Origin: an uncultured Fibrobacterales bacterium
GTDB lineage: Bacteria > Fibrobacterota > Fibrobacteria > Fibrobacterales > CAWVXU01
DNA length: 61,280 bases
NCBI GenBank assembly: GCA_963934255.1
Contig: CAWVXU010000006.1
Span: forward strand, 1-61,280
Direction of reading: 5' to 3'
Numbering within the stretch: the stretch's first letter is position 1; every line of letters starts with the position of its first letter. Positions 57,437 to 61,280 of the stretch are shown in pieces. The notes beneath the pieces were generated by a model. It had not been told where the DNA came from, ran no database searches, and saw only the letters and a list, made by a program, of their open reading frames with translations. The position numbers and the translations under genes are program-made.

Positions 57437-58665
57437 TTGATGCCCCCAGTGATTGATAAAATTGGAAGGAAAATAGAAAGTGCGACAAAACCTACAATCC
57501 CTATTAATGTTAAGATAAGTGCTGGTTCAAGTAAACTTAAAACTTTTTTTAGCCGTCTTGGAATTTCTTCATCATAGAATTTAGTGGCTTGATCAAGTGA
57601 GTATTCTAATTTACCTGAGCTCTCACCAACAGCAACCATCCTCATAATAAGGCTAGAAAACACACCAGTATCCCTCATTGAATCCGTTAATGAGCGGCCA
57701 TCTCGAATATCATCTTTGACTCGAGTAATTGCAGATTGATATATACGATTGGGCACAAATCGATAACAAAGGTCTAAGTTTTCTAAAATGGAAATTCCGG
57801 CTTTGTGGATAATTGTAAAATTATGTACAAATCGCGCTTGCAGAACAATTGAGGTAAGTGGACCAAAAATAGGAATTTTTAATTTAATCCTATCGACTTC
57901 ATAGTGAAAAGTCGCATTATGTTTGTAGAAATACATCGTAGTCATAACTGTGATAACAATTGCTGCAAATGTATATAGACCATAGTTCAGAATAAAGTCG
58001 GAAATTGCCATCACTACCTTTGTCATCCAAGGGAGTTCGACTTTGAGATCCACAAGTATTTTGACAATCCCTGGTACAATTGATGAAAATAGAAAGAGAA
58101 TAAATATCCCAACAACTACCGCAACGATGGAAGGGTATACTGTAGCTTGGGACATTTCAGATTTTATTTTTTCACTCCATTCTAAGTATTTTTTAAGTTC
58201 GTTCAAGGCGTTGGGTAAGGTACCAGATTTTTCACCAGCTTTAATGAGATAAGTGAATTCATCTGAAAAAACTTTAGGATAGTCAGCCAGGGAATCACTT
58301 AAAGAAGCACCATTGGTAACCCGGATATAGAGGTCTTTAATGACATACTTAAAGTAGGGGTTTTTGACTTCTGGGATAAAGTCCTGTATTGATTGAGTCA
58401 GAGAGACACCTGCCTCAACGAGTACTGATAAATGAATACAAAATTCAATTAATTCACGTGTTTTAACACGCCGCGGAGTTTTAGAATCTTCACTATCTAC
58501 AGACAGATGAGTTATAATACTATACCAAGGGGCTTGTCTGATTTGAAGGTAATCAATCCTACGGCGATTTAAATCAGATTCTAATTCAAGAATAGATTCA
58601 AAATCTTCAACCACCCACGAGGTTTTACCTTTGAGATCAACTAAGGAATATTCGTATTTAGCCAT
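57433..58665 (-). CDS. PilC/GspF/MshG platform protein
   Basis: AGEKSGTL, YPSIV, VGESSGKL and LLEPAL motifs. Confidence 0.93.
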   Translation of the reverse strand: MAKYEYSLVDLKGKTSWVVEDFESILELESDLNRRRIDYLQIRQAPWYSIITHLSVDSEDSKTPRRVKTRELIEFCIHLSVLVEAGVSLTQSIQDFIPEVKNPYFKYVIKDLYIRVTNGASLSDSLADYPKVFSDEFTYLIKAGEKSGTLPNALNELKKYLEWSEKIKSEMSQATVYPSIVAVVVGIFILFLFSSIVPGIVKILVDLKVELPWMTKVVMAISDFILNYGLYTFAAIVITVMTTMYFYKHNATFHYEVDRIKLKIPIFGPLTSIVLQARFVHNFTIIHKAGISILENLDLCYRFVPNRIYQSAITRVKDDIRDGRSLTDSMRDTGVFSSLIMRMVAVGESSGKLEYSLDQATKFYDEEIPRRLKKVLSLLEPALILTLIGIVGFVALSIFLPILSITGGIK

Positions 58666-60347
58666 TAGCCCACTAACCTTCTAACTTCATCGAGCGAGGT
58701 TAATCCTTTGCTTGCTTTTGCAACACCGTCATCAACCATAAAAGCTTGGGTGTCTTGAAGATATTCTGAAATTTGGCGCTCAGTAATCCCAGGGACAAGC
58801 ATCTCTTGAATACCTTCGTCAATTTCGAGTAACTCATAAACTGCAACTCGACCATGGTAGCCTAAATTATTACACTCACTACATCCGACGGGTTTTTTGA
58901 AGTTGTACTTTGTTTCACTGACGTCAAAGTCGGCGTTTTTTGTGAGACTTTTAAGATACTGTTCTGCGTTTTCATCTCTTTGTGAACAAATGGGACATAA
59001 ACGTCTCACTAGACGTTGTGCCACGACTAAACAAAGTGAGGAGGATAATAGGTAAGGTTCAATCCCCATATTAATAAGTCTAGGGATAGCTCCAATTGCA
59101 CTATTTGTGTGCAAAGTAGAAAGAACCATGTGACCTGTTAATGCAGCTCGAACAGCAAGTTGGGCAGTTTCTTCGTCACGAATCTCACCCACAAGAATCT
59201 TATCTGGATCCTGGCGAAGTAGTGATCGTAGTCCTTCGGAGAATGTGAGTCCAACATCAGGTCTTACTGCAACTTGTCGAATGTTGATGAGGTCATATTC
59301 AATTGGGTCTTCTAATGTGAATATCGAGTAGTCGGTTGAATTCATAGTAGAAAGCGCTGCGTAGAGTGTAGTGGTTTTACCTGATCCTGTGGGACCTGTC
59401 ACAAGTATAATACCGTTGGGTTTATCGATAAGTTTTTTGAACTTCGTTAGTTCTTTTTCTTCCATACCCAAGTATGTGAGGTCCAATATGGTCATCTGTT
59501 TGTCAAAGATCCTCATCACAACACTTTGGCCGTATTGAGTTGGGAGGGTAGATACCCTTATGTCGATGTTTTTTTGACCAATATGGAATTCAATTCGTCC
59601 ATCTTGAGGAACTCGATGTTCTGTAACATCAAGATTGGCCATGACTTTAATACGCGCTTCAACTGAAGCTTTTAGACTTATTGGAAGTAGGCATTCTTGA
59701 TAAAGTATTCCGTCAATTCGGTACCTAATTCTAAGACTTGTTTTCTCTGGCTCAATATGAATATCTGTTGCTCTTTTTCTTGACCCATCAATAATTAGCT
59801 GATCAACAAGTCGAACTAGCGCTGCTGCTTCACCAGTCTCCGATTCATCTGCTGCAATTGTGAGCTCTTTAATCGCATCATCAATTATGGAGCTAATATC
59901 TTCAGCTTGGGTGTATTGCTGAATAATGGCTTCTTGAATGGATTGTTTGGTAGCGGCGACAACTTCAATATGAAAACCTGTCATCTTCTTGATGCGGTCA
60001 ATGGTCACAACATCAAAAGTATTAGCTAAGGCAACTTTTAGAGTTGACTCGGTTATGTCGATTGGGATGACTGTATTTGCTTGGGCAAAGTCTTGAGGGA
60101 TTTTCTTAATCGTCTCAATATCAATAACAATATGTTCAAGGTCCATATACTCTGTCTGAGACTCATCAGCTACGAGTTTGGATATTTCATATGCGGTTAC
60201 AAAACCTAAATCATTTAGGATGTCGCCCAAGAACCCACCATTACGCTTTTGTTCAGCTAGTGCTAGTTGGAGTTGGTCGCGACCTACGAGACCTGAATCT
60301 ACAAGTATTTCACCGAGTCGTTTTTTACGTGGAGTGACATCTGTCAT
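58665..60347 (-). CDS. PilB/GspE/MshE assembly ATPase with MshEN domain
   Basis: RLGEILV.SG...LAEQ; TDIHIEP, PQDGR, GPTGSGKTTT, LRQDPD, TGH; CxxC...CxxC. Confidence 0.95.
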   Translation of the reverse strand: MTDVTPRKKRLGEILVDSGLVGRDQLQLALAEQKRNGGFLGDILNDLGFVTAYEISKLVADESQTEYMDLEHIVIDIETIKKIPQDFAQANTVIPIDITESTLKVALANTFDVVTIDRIKKMTGFHIEVVAATKQSIQEAIIQQYTQAEDISSIIDDAIKELTIAADESETGEAAALVRLVDQLIIDGSRKRATDIHIEPEKTSLRIRYRIDGILYQECLLPISLKASVEARIKVMANLDVTEHRVPQDGRIEFHIGQKNIDIRVSTLPTQYGQSVVMRIFDKQMTILDLTYLGMEEKELTKFKKLIDKPNGIILVTGPTGSGKTTTLYAALSTMNSTDYSIFTLEDPIEYDLINIRQVAVRPDVGLTFSEGLRSLLRQDPDKILVGEIRDEETAQLAVRAALTGHMVLSTLHTNSAIGAIPRLINMGIEPYLLSSSLCLVVAQRLVRRLCPICSQRDENAEQYLKSLTKNADFDVSETKYNFKKPVGCSECNNLGYHGRVAVYELLEIDEGIQEMLVPGITERQISEYLQDTQAFMVDDGVAKASKGLTSLDEVRRLVG

Positions 60348-60393
60348 GTTAGTTCGTTACCCTGTGAGTCCCTTAAGTGAGGCTCGTTTCAAT

Positions 60394-60427
60394 AAAAAAA
60401 CAAGCTCTTGGCGTAACCAAGAGCTTT
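60394..60427 (-). terminator. Intrinsic terminator after the major pilin gene
   Basis: Minus strand AAGCTCTTGG-TTACG-CCAAGAGCTT-G-T7. Confidence 0.8.
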
Positions 60428-60452
60428 GCTTTCATTAACTTAAAAAACTTAC

Positions 60453-61088
60453 TTATTCGCTTGCAACAAAAATGATTAAGTTAGTTCCGTCGTATTTGAC
60501 TTTACCAGCAGTTGTTGGGTCAGTTCCTTGACTGCCATCAATGATTGCATCAACCTTTTCATACATAGAATTTGTGATTTCTTCAATTCTTAACGAAACA
60601 ATGTGATCACCAGATGATATTGATCCGGTGCCTGTGAATTGTAAGTCAAAGTCAGTATTTGTAGAGTTACTTAAAGTTCCATCTCCTGTGCTAATGTCTA
60701 AACCCATTGCTTCACCAGTTGGTGGTGAAGCTTGTACAAACTCATCGAGGTATGGACCGCGAAATTTTTTCCAGTCGTTTCCGTTATTGGCAGCAATCTT
60801 AGTATGTGTCAAAAGAGCTGAGAATGAGTTATTGTTATTTGCATCAACACGAGAGTAACTCATGTTCATATTACCGTTGGTACGGTTGGTAGTTCCAAGT
60901 GTGTTAACGTCAGCAAAGTATTTAGTAGTTGCTGTTTGCACTGTTTTGTGAAGACTGGCGATGTTGTTTGCTTTTGATTCTTGAATTGCTTCAAAGATAC
61001 GAGGGGCGACTGCACCGACTAAAATAGCGATGATGGCCAGTACACCAATCATTTCGATGAGAGTAAAGCCTTGATATTTCTGTTTCAT
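60453..61088 (-). CDS. Probable major type IV pilin
   Basis: QG|FTLIEMIGVLAIIA; GGAG RBS before MKQKY; own terminator. Confidence 0.88.
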   Translation of the reverse strand: MKQKYQGFTLIEMIGVLAIIAILVGAVAPRIFEAIQESKANNIASLHKTVQTATTKYFADVNTLGTTNRTNGNMNMSYSRVDANNNNSFSALLTHTKIAANNGNDWKKFRGPYLDEFVQASPPTGEAMGLDISTGDGTLSNSTNTDFDLQFTGTGSISSGDHIVSLRIEEITNSMYEKVDAIIDGSQGTDPTTAGKVKYDGTNLIIFVASE

Positions 61089-61280
61089 AATGTCTCCATA
61101 GGTCATTGTAAAGTTTTCCTTACGTTAAGTATGGTAAACAAATAGAAGCTAGTCAACATATAAATTTTGACAGTCAACGAGCTGACTGGGGGGTCTCGTT
61201 TTGATAGAATTATAGTATTAACAATTTTTTTGATAGTAATTCATTGATTTGCGTCTGTGGACGAATTTAAAATGGGACAA

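Noticed and set aside
61160..61195. Short palindromes upstream of the major pilin (GTCAA-N10-TTGAC; AGTCA...TGACT)
   Set aside because: They are short, have no second occurrence to compare, and no sigma-54 -24/-12 motif is present.

Overview
Bacterial chromosomal window, AT-rich and gene-dense. FCB-superphylum hallmarks (three PorV/FadL-like barrels, a FlgD-Ig C-terminal domain, recurrent TAnnTTTG motifs upstream of genes) suggest a Fibrobacterota-like organism; this is inference only. Housekeeping and envelope genes include glnS, purB, dapF, lysC, nnr, dinG-exonuclease, rarA, lepB, lolA, lptE, fur, an M23 peptidase, an OmpA-family protein, ClC and K+ channels, and a triple FKBP. There is a complete phosphate island (phoB, phoR, porin, Na/Pi symporter, pstB-phoU-pstSCA) with 11-bp-periodic Pho-box-like repeats, and an orphan flgM-like gene behind a perfect sigma-28 promoter. 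The right end holds an MSHA/type IV-like pilus operon followed by a decayed polysaccharide-deacetylase lipoprotein gene. The most notable signal is a minor pilin gene cut off from a CBM5/12-like (chitin-binding) domain by an 86-nt tandem duplication; removing one copy restores a pilin-CBM fusion. Also notable: three tandem lipoproteins sharing an exact C-x46-C spacing, an orphan bufferin-like Cys-rich lipoprotein, a PorV-like barrel with an inserted beta-propeller, and an uncalled two-sORF unit. I saw no rRNA, tRNA, CRISPR array or transposase.
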